Source of the DNA: Candidatus Omnitrophota bacterium
GTDB taxonomy: Bacteria; Omnitrophota; Gorgyraeia; Zapsychrales; JBAZNR01
Assembly (NCBI GenBank): GCA_041649175.1
Contig: JBAZNR010000001.1
Coordinates: 911,497 to 975,496 of the forward strand
DNA: 64,000 nucleotides
Direction: 5' to 3'
Shown here piece by piece: positions 47,386-57,762 of this stretch. Every line of letters starts with the position of its first letter. Position 1 is the first letter of the stretch. Made by a program: the position numbers and the translations under genes. The notes below the pieces were generated by a model, which had not been told where the DNA came from, did no database searches, and was given only the letters and a program-made list of their open reading frames with translations.

Positions 47386-47832
47386 TTGATGTTAGCGCTA
47401 GCAAGAATTTTTATTGGATGCGTTTTGATCGTTTCGGGATTTGAGAAGCTCATAAGCCCGATCGAAAACTTTCTTTATGTCGTTCAAAGTTATGAGATCG
47501 GTAATCCTATTTTTAATGATGTGGCCTCTCAAGCTGTTCCCTGGATAGAACTTTTTACCGGCGTTTTTCTTGTCCTGGGGCTTTGGATCCATTTTTCATT
47601 ACGCTTAGCGTGGTTTTTATTTCTCGGATTTATCCTGATGGTCATGCAAGCGATTTGGCGCGGCTTACCCTTAGATGAATGCGGATGTTTTGGCAGTATC
47701 GTTTCAATTTCTCCTGCTTTAATCATCGTTTTAGATACGACAACATTAGTTGTTTTAACTCTCCTGAAGATTTCTCCGGAAAAAACTTCTCAATTTGGCC
47801 TAGATCGGTATTTTCAAAAGAAAACAAAATAA
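47386..47832 (+). CDS. DoxX/MauE-family membrane protein (commonly partners DsbA-like proteins).
   Basis: Four TM helices with the IFIGCVLIVSGFEKL pattern. Immediately follows the DsbA-like gene. Confidence 0.5.
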   Translation: MMLALARIFIGCVLIVSGFEKLISPIENFLYVVQSYEIGNPIFNDVASQAVPWIELFTGVFLVLGLWIHFSLRLAWFLFLGFILMVMQAIWRGLPLDECGCFGSIVSISPALIIVLDTTTLVVLTLLKISPEKTSQFGLDRYFQKKTK

Positions 47833-47848
47833 AACTTAGGAGGGACGG

Positions 47849-49336
47849 TTGAGAAAATATTTCTTTGCTGTCATTATTCTAGCCTCTTCCTTAAATCCTT
47901 TGCTTGCTTTGGAAACAGTGAAAGCTCCCAATGCCAGTGGCCAGTTTTATAGCGCGGATCCCAAAAAGCTTTCAGATGATATCGATGGCATGTTGTTGCA
48001 AGCAAAAAACGTTGAGATAGGCGGAAAAATAAAGATCCTCATCGTTCCGCATGCCGGTTATATTTATTCTGGCGGAGTTGCTGCCTTTGGTTACAAAGCG
48101 GCCCAAAAAAATTCTTACGGGACAATTGTTATTGTTGCTCCCAGTCATTTTTCTGATTTCGAAGGTTTTTCAATTTGGCCGCAAGGCAGTTTCGAAACAC
48201 CATTAGGCTCTGTATCTGTTGATGAGGAATTCTCTAATCAATTGATCGCCGCCGATGACCGCATCAAATCATTTCCACAAGCCTTTGACCGGGAACATGC
48301 CTTGGAAGTCCAGATCCCTTTTTTGCAGAAAACATTCAGTCAGCTTAAAATTGTTCCGATACTAACCGGGCGGCCCAGGTATAATGATAGTAAGGCATTA
48401 GCCACAGCGCTTACGTCTGCCATTGGTGAGCGCGAGGATGTCTTAATTGTTGTCAGCACGGATCTATCGCACTATCACGATGATGCAACAGCTCGGCGCA
48501 TGGATAAGGCAACGCTGGCGGCTATTGAAAATTTTCAAGGCGAACAACTGTGGCTGCAATGTTCTTTAAAAGCGATGGAGATGTGCGGTTTCCCAGGAGT
48601 GGTTACGGCAATAGCCTTTGCGAAAGAAAATAATATCAACAAAGCCGAGATCATCCATTATGCTAATTCCGCAGATGTGACCAATGACAAATCAAGCGTG
48701 GTCGGTTATGGAGCTGTTGCTTTTTACAGAGAAGATATCAAAGGAGATGACCCGGTGAAAAAAGATAGCGAATATATTTCTGCATTAACATTGTCTCAGA
48801 AAAAAGAACTTTTAACGATAGCCCGAACAACCATTGAGCAATTATTAACGTCCCAGAAAACATTTACACCGGAAACTTCTGATCAACGCCTGCATGAGGA
48901 GGAAGGGGCTTTTGTCACATTGCATCAAAAAGGAAAACTTAGAGGCTGTATCGGCAATATTCTGGGAAGAGGCCCTTTGTATTTAACGGTGCGTGATATG
49001 GCGATCGCGTCCGCGACGCAAGACCCGCGTTTTGCGCCCGTTAACGCGCAGGAATTGAAGGACGTAGAGATTGAAGTTTCTGTCCTGTCAAAACCCCGGC
49101 GTATTACAGATATCAATGAATTAGAAGTCGGTGTCCATGGGGCGATCGTTAAACGTGGTTTTCATCAAGGCCTATTTTTACCGCAAGTTGCCACAGAATT
49201 TGGATGGAGCAAAGAAGAGATGTTAGAAAATCTCTGCACCCATAAAGCCGGACTTCTCGCGGATGCCTGGAAAGACCCGCAGACAACGATCGAGATATTT
49301 TCGGCGCAGGTTTTCTCGGAAAAAGATCTACGGTAA
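47849..49336 (+). CDS. Fusion of Memo-like (AmmeMemoRadiSam protein B) and AMMECR1 (protein A) domains, with an N-terminal signal peptide.
   Basis: TTG start with RBS AGGAGGGA. N-terminus RKYFFAVIILASSLNPLLALE is signal-peptide-like. The Memo core follows (SGQFYSADPKKL...LIVPHAGYIYSGG), and the AMMECR1 core is C-terminal (GAFVTLHQKGKLRGCIGNI...QDPRFAP). Confidence 0.7.
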   Translation: MRKYFFAVIILASSLNPLLALETVKAPNASGQFYSADPKKLSDDIDGMLLQAKNVEIGGKIKILIVPHAGYIYSGGVAAFGYKAAQKNSYGTIVIVAPSHFSDFEGFSIWPQGSFETPLGSVSVDEEFSNQLIAADDRIKSFPQAFDREHALEVQIPFLQKTFSQLKIVPILTGRPRYNDSKALATALTSAIGEREDVLIVVSTDLSHYHDDATARRMDKATLAAIENFQGEQLWLQCSLKAMEMCGFPGVVTAIAFAKENNINKAEIIHYANSADVTNDKSSVVGYGAVAFYREDIKGDDPVKKDSEYISALTLSQKKELLTIARTTIEQLLTSQKTFTPETSDQRLHEEEGAFVTLHQKGKLRGCIGNILGRGPLYLTVRDMAIASATQDPRFAPVNAQELKDVEIEVSVLSKPRRITDINELEVGVHGAIVKRGFHQGLFLPQVATEFGWSKEEMLENLCTHKAGLLADAWKDPQTTIEIFSAQVFSEKDLR

Positions 49337-49478
49337 CACTGCGCGCGGAAAGCCGTTTTCCTTAAACTTATTGGCATTGTTCGTATTTACGGACAAAAAC
49401 GATATTTATATTGAAGAATATATTGCCGAAAGGTATAGTAATAGAGGTTTAGACACTTATCTACTTTAAAAGGAGGGC

Positions 49479-49889
49479 ATGATGCCACCATCAGTAAAAA
49501 GATCTCTTTTGCACGTTAATCGATTCCAAAGCCCGTTACTTAATTTGATCATTGCTTTTTCTTTGACAACAGTTATCGTGCTGACGATTTGCGTTTCTTA
49601 TCTTTCTTATGACGTGACGAATTCTATCCTTAATCCGGCTCGTGAAATTCCGACGGTTAAGATCGTTATTATCCTCATTCTTCTTGTTCTTCCGCTTATT
49701 TTCTTTCTTAATATTATTTGGGCCTATCGTGCCTCCAGCCGCCTTTTAGGCGCTTTCGAGCGTATTTTACGGGAATTGGACAATATCCTTGAAACGAAGC
49801 AGAAGAGGCACATTCAAGCCAGGGAAAACGACCGTCTTGCCAATGAGCTTTTAGAGAGAGTTAATAAGCTTATTGATCGAATGGCTTAA
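49479..49889 (+). CDS. Small membrane protein with C-terminal coiled coil, hypothetical.
   Basis: Two TM helices, then a charged helical tail. Confidence 0.35.
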   Translation: MMPPSVKRSLLHVNRFQSPLLNLIIAFSLTTVIVLTICVSYLSYDVTNSILNPAREIPTVKIVIILILLVLPLIFFLNIIWAYRASSRLLGAFERILRELDNILETKQKRHIQARENDRLANELLERVNKLIDRMA

Positions 49890-49917
49890 GCCTTCCAAAA
49901 AGAAAATAATCAAGATA

Positions 49918-50265
49918 ATGATCTTCCAAAGAATTATTTTATGTGTTTTTATTTCAACCTTTTTTTTATTGCCGATGGCCTTTGCTCATCCGCCTTCCGG
50001 TGTTGAACTTAGCTATGATAGCGCTAACGGAGCTTTAACGGTCCAGGCAGAACACGTTTCTAAAAATCCCCGCAAGCATTATGTCCGAAGGATCGCTGTC
50101 AGCAAGAATCAGGAAGATCCTGTTGGGTTTTCGTTTTCGTCTCAAAATTCCGCGTCTCGAGTTTTTGAACAAATTCCTTTTCAGGCTAACCGAGATGATG
50201 TTATTCACGCAAAATTGATCTGTAGCGAAGCCGGCCAAAGCGAAGCGACGATCACCATTCCTTAG
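49918..50265 (+). CDS. Small secreted hypothetical protein.
   Basis: Start at MIFQR gives a signal peptide ending AFA-HPP. Its His-rich beta-type sequence has no clear family. Confidence 0.35.
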   Translation: MIFQRIILCVFISTFFLLPMAFAHPPSGVELSYDSANGALTVQAEHVSKNPRKHYVRRIAVSKNQEDPVGFSFSSQNSASRVFEQIPFQANRDDVIHAKLICSEAGQSEATITIP

Positions 50266-50288
50266 CGCATCGCTTTTATCATATTGAA

Positions 50289-52439
50289 TTGATGTCCAAT
50301 CCTAATCGTCTTATCAAAGAAAAAAGTCCGTATCTTCTTCAGCACGCCGCCAATCCGGTTGATTGGTATGCGTGGTCGCTTGAGGCTTTCGAAAAAGCAA
50401 AAAAAGAAAACAAGCCGGTTTTTTTATCGATCGGTTATTCCACCTGTCATTGGTGTCATGTGATGGAGCGGGAATCTTTCGAGGACGATCACATCGCCGA
50501 CATTCTCAACGAACATTTTGTTTGTATCAAAGTTGACCGGGAAGAGCGCCCGGATATTGACCATATCTACATGTCATTTGTTACGGCTATGACCGGGTCA
50601 GGCGGCTGGCCTTTGTCTGTTTTTCTGACACCGGATAAAAAACCTTTTTTTGGCGGAACATATTTTCCACCCGAAGCTAAGTGGGGCAGCCCGTCTTTTG
50701 AACAAGTTTTATTATCTGTGAGCGGCAATTGGCGCAGCCAGCCGGAAAAAATTCTGCAATCCAGCGAGGAAATGATGCAAGCCTTATTGTTGCGCGAAGA
50801 AGCGCGGGACAATAACGCATCGTCCATAGATGAAAAAATATTTTCCGTGGCTTATCGGCAGTTGAGCGCGATGTTTGACCCTGTTTTTGGAGGTTTTGGG
50901 CAATCTCCTAAATTTCCGATGGGGCATAACCTGTCTTTTTTACTGCGCTTTTGGAAGAAAACAAAACAGCCGGAAATCTTGAAGATCGTTGAGAAAACTC
51001 TTAAAGAAATAAGCAAAGGCGGCATTTGCGATCATTTAGGCGGAGGCTTTCATCGCTATTCAACGGACCGTCAGTGGCAAGTTCCGCATTTTGAAAAGAT
51101 GCTTTATGACCAGGCTATTTTAGCAAAGGCTTATCTGGAAACCTATCAGGCGACAAAAAATTCAGATTATGCGATTGTTGCCCGTGAAATTTTTGATTAT
51201 GTATTACGGGATATGCAGTATTCTCAAGGAGGATTTTTCTGCGCGGAAGATGCGGATAGTGTCGCGCCGGAGCAGGCTTCTCTTCTGCAACAAGGCGATC
51301 GTCATCCCGAGAAAAAAGAAGGAGCCTATTATCTGTGGGGCTTTAACGAAATCGAAGATGCTCTGGGGGTCCGGGATAGTGAGATCTTTTATTATCATTA
51401 TAATTTTCGCCTGGAAGGCAATGCCGACCATGATCCTCACGGCGAATTTATAGGAAAGAATATTCTTTATGTTGCAAAAACAGTTGAAGCGACCGCACAA
51501 CATTTTAAAAAATCGATGGAAGAAATAGAGGAAGTTTTAAAGCGTTCCAAGGAAAAACTTCTTTTTTTGCGCACAAAAAGGCCGCGTCCGCATTTAGACG
51601 ATAAGATCTTAACGGATTGGAATGGGCTGATGATCTCGGCTTTATCGTTTGGGGCTATAGTTTTAAATGAACCCAAATATCAAAAAGGCGCCGAAGACGC
51701 GGCGCAATTTATCTTGAGCCGGTTAGTCAGAGAAGACGGAACTCTGTGGCATCGTTTCCGAGATGGTGAAGCGGCCATTGCCGGCCATCTGACGGACTAT
51801 GCTTTTTTTATTAACGGCCTTCTGGATCTTTATGAGACAACGTTTAAAACGGCCTATTTAAAAGAAGCCGTTAAATTCGCAGAAACAATGATGTGCCTTT
51901 TTTGGGATGAGAAAAACGGAGGGTTCTTTTTAAGCGCGGCTGACGCAAAAGATATTATTCTTCGCTCTAAAGAAGTTTATGACGGCGCTTTGCCTTCGGG
52001 AAATTCAGTGGCGGCTTTAGTGTTTGTTCGGTTGGCGCGTTTTTTTCCGGACAGTCATTGGGAAAAAAACGCGCAACAGGTCTTTTCTGCTTTTTCTGAT
52101 GAAATATCGCATCAACCAGCCGGATATGCCCAGATGCTTACCGCATTAGATTTTGCTCTTGGCCCTTCTTGTGAAATTGTGGTCGTTGCCGAAAATCGCT
52201 CAGAGCAAACAAGGCAGATCTTGAGGGAAGTTTATGCGTGCTTTATCCCTAATAAGATCATTATTCTTCGAGTTCTCAATGAAAAAGAAGAGCAGGAATT
52301 AATAGAGCTTGTACCATTTATTAAAGAGCAGGGCTTAGTCAGCGGCCAGCCGACCATTTATGTTTGTCGTAACCATGCGTGTCAACGGCCGGTAACGAGC
52401 CCGGAAAGTTTGAAAGCACTTCTTGACGTAGAAATTTAA
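50289..52439 (+). CDS. Thioredoxin-domain protein of the YyaL/DUF255 (SSP411) family, with a C-terminal (alpha/alpha)6-barrel.
   Basis: N-terminus [53 protein letters not shown] is the DUF255 signature. Confidence 0.8.
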   Translation: MMSNPNRLIKEKSPYLLQHAANPVDWYAWSLEAFEKAKKENKPVFLSIGYSTCHWCHVMERESFEDDHIADILNEHFVCIKVDREERPDIDHIYMSFVTAMTGSGGWPLSVFLTPDKKPFFGGTYFPPEAKWGSPSFEQVLLSVSGNWRSQPEKILQSSEEMMQALLLREEARDNNASSIDEKIFSVAYRQLSAMFDPVFGGFGQSPKFPMGHNLSFLLRFWKKTKQPEILKIVEKTLKEISKGGICDHLGGGFHRYSTDRQWQVPHFEKMLYDQAILAKAYLETYQATKNSDYAIVAREIFDYVLRDMQYSQGGFFCAEDADSVAPEQASLLQQGDRHPEKKEGAYYLWGFNEIEDALGVRDSEIFYYHYNFRLEGNADHDPHGEFIGKNILYVAKTVEATAQHFKKSMEEIEEVLKRSKEKLLFLRTKRPRPHLDDKILTDWNGLMISALSFGAIVLNEPKYQKGAEDAAQFILSRLVREDGTLWHRFRDGEAAIAGHLTDYAFFINGLLDLYETTFKTAYLKEAVKFAETMMCLFWDEKNGGFFLSAADAKDIILRSKEVYDGALPSGNSVAALVFVRLARFFPDSHWEKNAQQVFSAFSDEISHQPAGYAQMLTALDFALGPSCEIVVVAENRSEQTRQILREVYACFIPNKIIILRVLNEKEEQELIELVPFIKEQGLVSGQPTIYVCRNHACQRPVTSPESLKALLDVEI

Positions 52440-52494
52440 AAGAGTACAATTTCTTAAAAGTTATTAATTTTTCTTAAACCTACGGAATGACCTA

Positions 52495-54165
52495 ATGGAT
52501 TTTTTGATACAACTTTTTACTACGGATTCGGTGGCGCACACCGTTATTATCTTAAGCCTTATTGCCGCTTTAGGGCTGGCTTTGGGCAGTATGAAGATTT
52601 TTGGTGTCCACCTCGGGATTGCCGGCGTTCTTTTCGCGGGGCTTATCTTTGGGCATTTTAAAATGACCATCGATCCCCAGGTGATGGAATTTGCCAGGGA
52701 ATTTGGCCTCATTCTTTTTGTTTATACCGTGGGAATGCAAGTGGGTCCGGGATTTTTTGATTCGCTTAAAAAAGCGGGATTGCAGCTTAATTTAATGGCT
52801 GCAGCTGTTGTTCTTTTAGGCGTTGCTATCACGATCTTAATTCACCGCTTAGCTTCTGTTGATATGGCGGTGGCGGTGGGATTATTTTCCGGAGCGACAA
52901 CTAATACGCCGAGCTTGGCGGCCGCTCAACAGGCTTTAAAAGAAATGAGCGGTGTAACGGCGGAAACCCTAAATCTTCCCGGCATTGGCTATGCGATCGC
53001 CTATCCGTTCGGTATCCTTGGAATTATTATAACGATGATCTTAGCTAAGACAATTTTCCGTTTGAATCCGCAAAAAGAAGCCGAAAATTATGAGCACCTA
53101 CGCGCTCAGATGGCATCCTCACTGAAGGCGATGAATTTGGAAGTTAAGAATTCAAATCTCAACGGCCTTACGATCGAGAAAATTCCGGGCCTTAGCGCGT
53201 CCGGCGTTGTGATCTCGCGTATGATGCACGACAATAAAGTGCAGATCGCGCAGCCGGATATGGTTTTGCATCTTAATGATGTTTTATTAGCTGTGGGGCC
53301 GGCGCATAAGCTAGAAGAGCTGCGGGTTATTATCGGCAGCGAAAGCAATATTGATCTGCGTAAGATCCAAAGTCAAATTACCAGTAAAAGAGTTGTGGTG
53401 ACTAAGAAAGCAGTGATCGGTAAAAGCATTGAAGAGCTTGATCTATTAACGCGTTATGGCGTTACGATCACGCGCGTGCATCGCACCGAAATTGAATTTA
53501 GCGCGACACAAGATTTGCGTTTGCAATTTGGAGATATCCTTTTAATAGTCGGCGAAGAAGATCCCATAAAAAGGGTAGCCATTGAATTAGGAAATTCTCC
53601 TAAACAGCTAGACCATCCTCATGTCATTCCGATCTTTGTCGGGATCGTCCTGGGCGTTATTTTAGGTAGCTGCCCGATCTATTTTCCGGGCGTGCCGCTT
53701 CCTATCAAGCTGGGTTTAGCCGGCGGGCCGCTGATCGTTGCCGTTATTTTAAGTCGCATCGGCCGCATTGGGCCTTTGATCTGGTATATGCCCGCTAACG
53801 CGAATTTTATGTTACGAGAAATCGGGATCGTGCTTTTTTTGGCGTGCGTGGGATTGCGGTCCGGGGATAAATTTGTTGAGACACTCACGCAAGGGCAGGG
53901 ATTGTATTGGATGGCCATTGCTTCTTTGATCACCTTTGTGCCCTTAGCGGTCGTTGCTTTATTCGCAAGGTTAAAATATAAATTGAATTTCTTATCCCTC
54001 TGCGGCCTTTTAGCCGGAAGTATGACAGATCCGCCGGCCTTAGCCTTCGCGAACTCTTTAACCAGCTCTAATATACCGGCCGTATCTTATACGACGGTAT
54101 ATCCCTTGGTTATGATCATGCGTGTTGTTTCAGCTCAAGTTTTAGTATCGTTTTTTTGGCATTAA
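52495..54165 (+). CDS. YidE/YbjL-family transporter (AAE-type permease duplication with two TrkA-C domains).
   Basis: N-terminal helix hairpin GVHLGIAGVLFAGLIFGHF, as in E. coli YidE. Two central RCK_C-like regions and a repeated C-terminal permease half. Confidence 0.7.
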   Translation: MDFLIQLFTTDSVAHTVIILSLIAALGLALGSMKIFGVHLGIAGVLFAGLIFGHFKMTIDPQVMEFAREFGLILFVYTVGMQVGPGFFDSLKKAGLQLNLMAAAVVLLGVAITILIHRLASVDMAVAVGLFSGATTNTPSLAAAQQALKEMSGVTAETLNLPGIGYAIAYPFGILGIIITMILAKTIFRLNPQKEAENYEHLRAQMASSLKAMNLEVKNSNLNGLTIEKIPGLSASGVVISRMMHDNKVQIAQPDMVLHLNDVLLAVGPAHKLEELRVIIGSESNIDLRKIQSQITSKRVVVTKKAVIGKSIEELDLLTRYGVTITRVHRTEIEFSATQDLRLQFGDILLIVGEEDPIKRVAIELGNSPKQLDHPHVIPIFVGIVLGVILGSCPIYFPGVPLPIKLGLAGGPLIVAVILSRIGRIGPLIWYMPANANFMLREIGIVLFLACVGLRSGDKFVETLTQGQGLYWMAIASLITFVPLAVVALFARLKYKLNFLSLCGLLAGSMTDPPALAFANSLTSSNIPAVSYTTVYPLVMIMRVVSAQVLVSFFWH

Positions 54166-54225
54166 ATAAAATAAGAACTGCCGGGCGTTCCAAAATCAAA
54201 AATCTTAAAAGGATCAAATAAAAAA

Positions 54226-56106
54226 ATGAAAATCATTAAGATCGTTTTGATTGTTTTTCTTGTTGTTTTCCTTATTGCGGGAATAGCGGGATATGTTTTC
54301 TTAAAAACATTCGATATCAATAAATATAAACCGCAAATACTTTCGGCGATCAAAGACAGCACGGGCAGGACTGCTGCGGTTGGACAGTTAAGATTAACAT
54401 TTTCGGCTACACAGGGCATTGTCCTTAATATCAGCAAACTTGCGATCTCCGATCACCTTGATTTTTCTAAAGAAAATTTTCTCGAAGTTGAGAATATTGA
54501 TCTCGGCATTGACGTCATTCCTCTTGTCTCAAGGCGGGAAATTGCTCTCAGTAGTTTACAGATAAATTCGCCCAAACTTATTCTTATCCGTAACAAAAAT
54601 GGTGTTTTTAATGTTCAAACATTTGTCCCGGCATCAGATAAGCAAGATCTTTCTAAAGATGCTTCTCGCGCGAATATGAGCGCCGGGCAAGCCGAAGCAG
54701 CATTACCGATGGCACAAGTCCACTCTTCATCCGCCGCAGCCTTTCCGGCATTATCGATCCGCTCCGTTTGGCTTAAGAATGGCGAGATCGTTTTTGTTGA
54801 TCAAAGTTTTTCTCCGGAATTAAAGGTCGTTATTTCTTCTCTTGATATTAAAGCTAATGATTTGGCCTCAAAGCGTCCTTCCAACTTAATAGCTCGGGCG
54901 TCTTTGTGGAGCCGAAAGCAAAATATTATTCTGGATGGAAAAATGACGGTTGATTTAGAAAAACAGAATGCCACGTTTAATGATCTTAAGTTGAATTTTG
55001 ATCTTTCCGAAATATCGTTGCCGGAATTATATGCTTCTTTATCGTTTGCGAAAGATCTAGAGATGATCAAGGCTGTTGAAGGGCAGCTGCAAAGCGATAT
55101 TCAAAGGGCTGTTGTCGGCGCACAGGGTTTACGCGAATTATCTTTAGACGGAAAGATCATCGGCGGAAAACTTAGGTTATCATCACTGCCTTTGCCCATT
55201 GATCCGGTGACGGCTTCTTTTGCTGCCGATGAGAAGAAATTCGAGATTAAAAATGCAAAACTTGGCTTAGCCGATGGAAATATTACCGGTGATGGAACTA
55301 TTGAGGATTATCTTAAAGAACAGAAATTTAATTTTGACCTGGTAATAGACGCTATTGACTTGTCAAAAATAGTTCCCGCGCAAGATCAACCCGTGGGGTT
55401 AGAGGGAAAGTTATTCGGTCAATCCAATGTTTCCGGAAAAGGTTTCGCGCCTGATAACTTATTTGAATCTTTATCCGGAACGGGTTCTCTGAATGTTAAA
55501 GGGGGAAAGCTAAAAAATATCAATGTCTTAAAACTTGTTTTAAGTAAAATTTCTATGATCCCCGGTCTGGCTGAAAAGGTGAACGAAAATCTTCCCGAGA
55601 AATATAAAGATGCCATGCAATCGGAAGATACGATCCTTAAAACAGTTGATTTAAGAAATCATATTTCTGAAAATACTTTGGTGATCGATTCTCTTCAAGT
55701 GGAAACCGATGCTTTTGCTCTTTCGGGAGATGGCCGTCTTAGCTTCGATCAGGCGATCACGCTTAACACTTTGATCGTTATTCCTCAAGATCTCTCTGAG
55801 GCTATGAGTGCCTCTGCGGAAGGTTTACAATATTTGTTTGATGAGAATAAGCAAATCGCGATTCCTTTGCGCATCGGAGGCAAGATCCCCAATTTAACAT
55901 TCTTTCCTGACCTGGAATATTTGGGAAAGCGGATCATGGCTAATCGTGGCCGGGAAGAATTAGAGAAAGTTTTAGACAAGGTTTTTAAAAGGGATGAAAC
56001 CTCTGAGCCATCAACGCCGGAAGGGCAGGATCCTGACGGCCAAGAGCAACCTAAAAGTGCTGAAGAAGAGCTCATCGGCGCTATTTTAGATAAGGTTTTT
56101 AACTAG
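54226..56106 (+). CDS. AsmA-family envelope protein.
   Basis: N-terminal TM anchor and a long beta-rich periplasmic region with AsmA-like repeats. Confidence 0.5.
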   Translation: MKIIKIVLIVFLVVFLIAGIAGYVFLKTFDINKYKPQILSAIKDSTGRTAAVGQLRLTFSATQGIVLNISKLAISDHLDFSKENFLEVENIDLGIDVIPLVSRREIALSSLQINSPKLILIRNKNGVFNVQTFVPASDKQDLSKDASRANMSAGQAEAALPMAQVHSSSAAAFPALSIRSVWLKNGEIVFVDQSFSPELKVVISSLDIKANDLASKRPSNLIARASLWSRKQNIILDGKMTVDLEKQNATFNDLKLNFDLSEISLPELYASLSFAKDLEMIKAVEGQLQSDIQRAVVGAQGLRELSLDGKIIGGKLRLSSLPLPIDPVTASFAADEKKFEIKNAKLGLADGNITGDGTIEDYLKEQKFNFDLVIDAIDLSKIVPAQDQPVGLEGKLFGQSNVSGKGFAPDNLFESLSGTGSLNVKGGKLKNINVLKLVLSKISMIPGLAEKVNENLPEKYKDAMQSEDTILKTVDLRNHISENTLVIDSLQVETDAFALSGDGRLSFDQAITLNTLIVIPQDLSEAMSASAEGLQYLFDENKQIAIPLRIGGKIPNLTFFPDLEYLGKRIMANRGREELEKVLDKVFKRDETSEPSTPEGQDPDGQEQPKSAEEELIGAILDKVFN

Positions 56107-56603
56107 TGGCTTATTTCAAAGGGAAAATTTTACAACTGAAAAAAGAAAAACGGCGCCTGCCTAACGGGCGCGTTATGAATGTTGAAATTATTGTTCATCC
56201 CGGGGCAACGCTTATTGTTCCGTTCTTAAGCAAAGAAAAAGTTATTCTTTTGAGGCAATACCGCCCGGTGATCAAACAATTTCTTTATGAATTTCCGGCC
56301 GGTACAATAGAAAAGGGCGAAACTCCTTTTCAATGCGCCCGCCGGGAGATCGTTGAAGAAACAGGTTTCGCGGCTCGAACATTAACGCGGCTTGGAAAGA
56401 TCTATCCTGTTCCGGGCTATTCAACAGAAATTATTACCATTTATAAAGCTGAGGGGTTAATTCAAAAGAAATCCTGCTTAGAGGCGGATGAAGTTATTCG
56501 CACCTGTATCGTGAGCCGCGCTCAAATGAAAAAAATGTTTCGCAAAGGGCAGATCAAAGACTCCAAAACGATTTGCGCGCTTTCCTTGTGCGGGTGGATT
56601 TAA
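56106..56603 (+). CDS. NUDIX hydrolase (ADP-ribose pyrophosphatase-like).
   Basis: Nudix box GTIEKGETPFQCARREIVEETG. GTG start overlapping the asmA stop. Confidence 0.8.
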   Translation: MAYFKGKILQLKKEKRRLPNGRVMNVEIIVHPGATLIVPFLSKEKVILLRQYRPVIKQFLYEFPAGTIEKGETPFQCARREIVEETGFAARTLTRLGKIYPVPGYSTEIITIYKAEGLIQKKSCLEADEVIRTCIVSRAQMKKMFRKGQIKDSKTICALSLCGWI

Positions 56604-56604
56604 A

Positions 56605-57402
56605 ATGGCAGAACAAAAACCATATCAGCGGACACGCAATCTCTTTGATCCGACTGCGAAAACACCTTTTAAGTTAAGCAGGTCGCGCTTAGAAAACTTT
56701 CTGAATTGCCCGCGCTGTTTTTATCTTGATCGGCGTTTAGGTATTGAACCGCCTGCTACTCCTCCGTATACGCTTAATTCTGCCGTTGACAGTTTGCTCA
56801 AAAAAGAATTTGATCAATACCGCATGAAAGGGAAAGCCCATCCCTTAATGGAAAAGCACGATGTCCGCGCTGTTCCTTTCGCGCATCCAATGATGGATGA
56901 ATGGCGGGAAAACTTCAAAGGGCTTCAGTATCATCATAAACCGACCAATCTGATTATTACCGGAGCGGTGGATGATATTTGGGCTGATGAGAAGGGTGCA
57001 TTATTCGTGGTGGATTATAAATCAACCAGCACGAGCGCGGAAATTAGCCTCGATGCCGAATATCGTCAAGCCTTCAAGCGGCAAATGGAGATCTATCAGT
57101 GGCTTTTACGCCGTTTGGAATTTAAAGTTTCGGATATGGGTTACTTTGTTTTCTGTAACGCCGATAAAACAAGAAATTCTTTCGATGCGAAACTCGAATT
57201 TAATTTAGAGATCATTCCTTACGAAGGAAGTGATGCATGGGTGGAGCCTGTTATTGTTCAGGCCCATGAATGCCTTTTAAACGATCAAATGCCTGATTAT
57301 TCCAAGAATTGCGGGCATTGTCAGTACCGAAAAATAAGTCAAAGTTTAGAAAAAGGCGTTCTCGCTAAACAAAATATCCAGGGAGATCTGTTCCTGAGAT
57401 GA
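56605..57402 (+). CDS. Cas4/RecB-like PD-(D/E)XK nuclease with Fe-S cysteines. Stand-alone: no CRISPR array or cas genes nearby.
   Basis: N-terminal CPRC, core motifs VDDIW / VVDYKS / QMEIYQW (QhxxY), and C-terminal C...CGHC. Confidence 0.6.
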   Translation: MAEQKPYQRTRNLFDPTAKTPFKLSRSRLENFLNCPRCFYLDRRLGIEPPATPPYTLNSAVDSLLKKEFDQYRMKGKAHPLMEKHDVRAVPFAHPMMDEWRENFKGLQYHHKPTNLIITGAVDDIWADEKGALFVVDYKSTSTSAEISLDAEYRQAFKRQMEIYQWLLRRLEFKVSDMGYFVFCNADKTRNSFDAKLEFNLEIIPYEGSDAWVEPVIVQAHECLLNDQMPDYSKNCGHCQYRKISQSLEKGVLAKQNIQGDLFLR

Positions 57403-57581
57403 TATATCCGGCTTATAAGGGTAAACGCATGGTAGTTTTAGCATTATTGGGGATTATTTTGCTTAGCGGCTGTATGACTTTTACGGATCGCGATTATGAA
57501 TTGCAGGACCAGGCGTATCAGCGCCAGCGTGAGCAAGAAAAGCTTAAGCCCACGGAAGGGACCATGCATATCCCTTGGTAG
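57399..57581 (+). CDS. Small lipoprotein.
   Basis: Lipobox LLSGC and a charged tail. Start overlaps the upstream stop. Confidence 0.4.
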   Translation: MIYPAYKGKRMVVLALLGIILLSGCMTFTDRDYELQDQAYQRQREQEKLKPTEGTMHIPW

Positions 57582-57714
57582 AGGTTTTCGGGGCCGCCAT
57601 AAAATATTCTTGTCATTTGCCAACCTTCATTATATACTTAAGACGATTTTAGAATAACCCCATTAAAATTACGGCAAAATCATTGACGATACGACGGTTA
57701 AAAAAATTTTTTAA

Positions 57715-57750
57715 AAACAGCCTAGCATAAAAGGCTGTTTGTTCATTTTT
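57715..57750 (+). terminator. Weak hairpin (AAACAGCC...GGCTGTTT) with a downstream T-tract.
   Basis: 8-bp stem. The T-run is separated from the stem by 5 nt. Lies between the lipoprotein gene and the PilZ RBS. Confidence 0.3.
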
Positions 57751-57762
57751 AGGGAGGTCATA

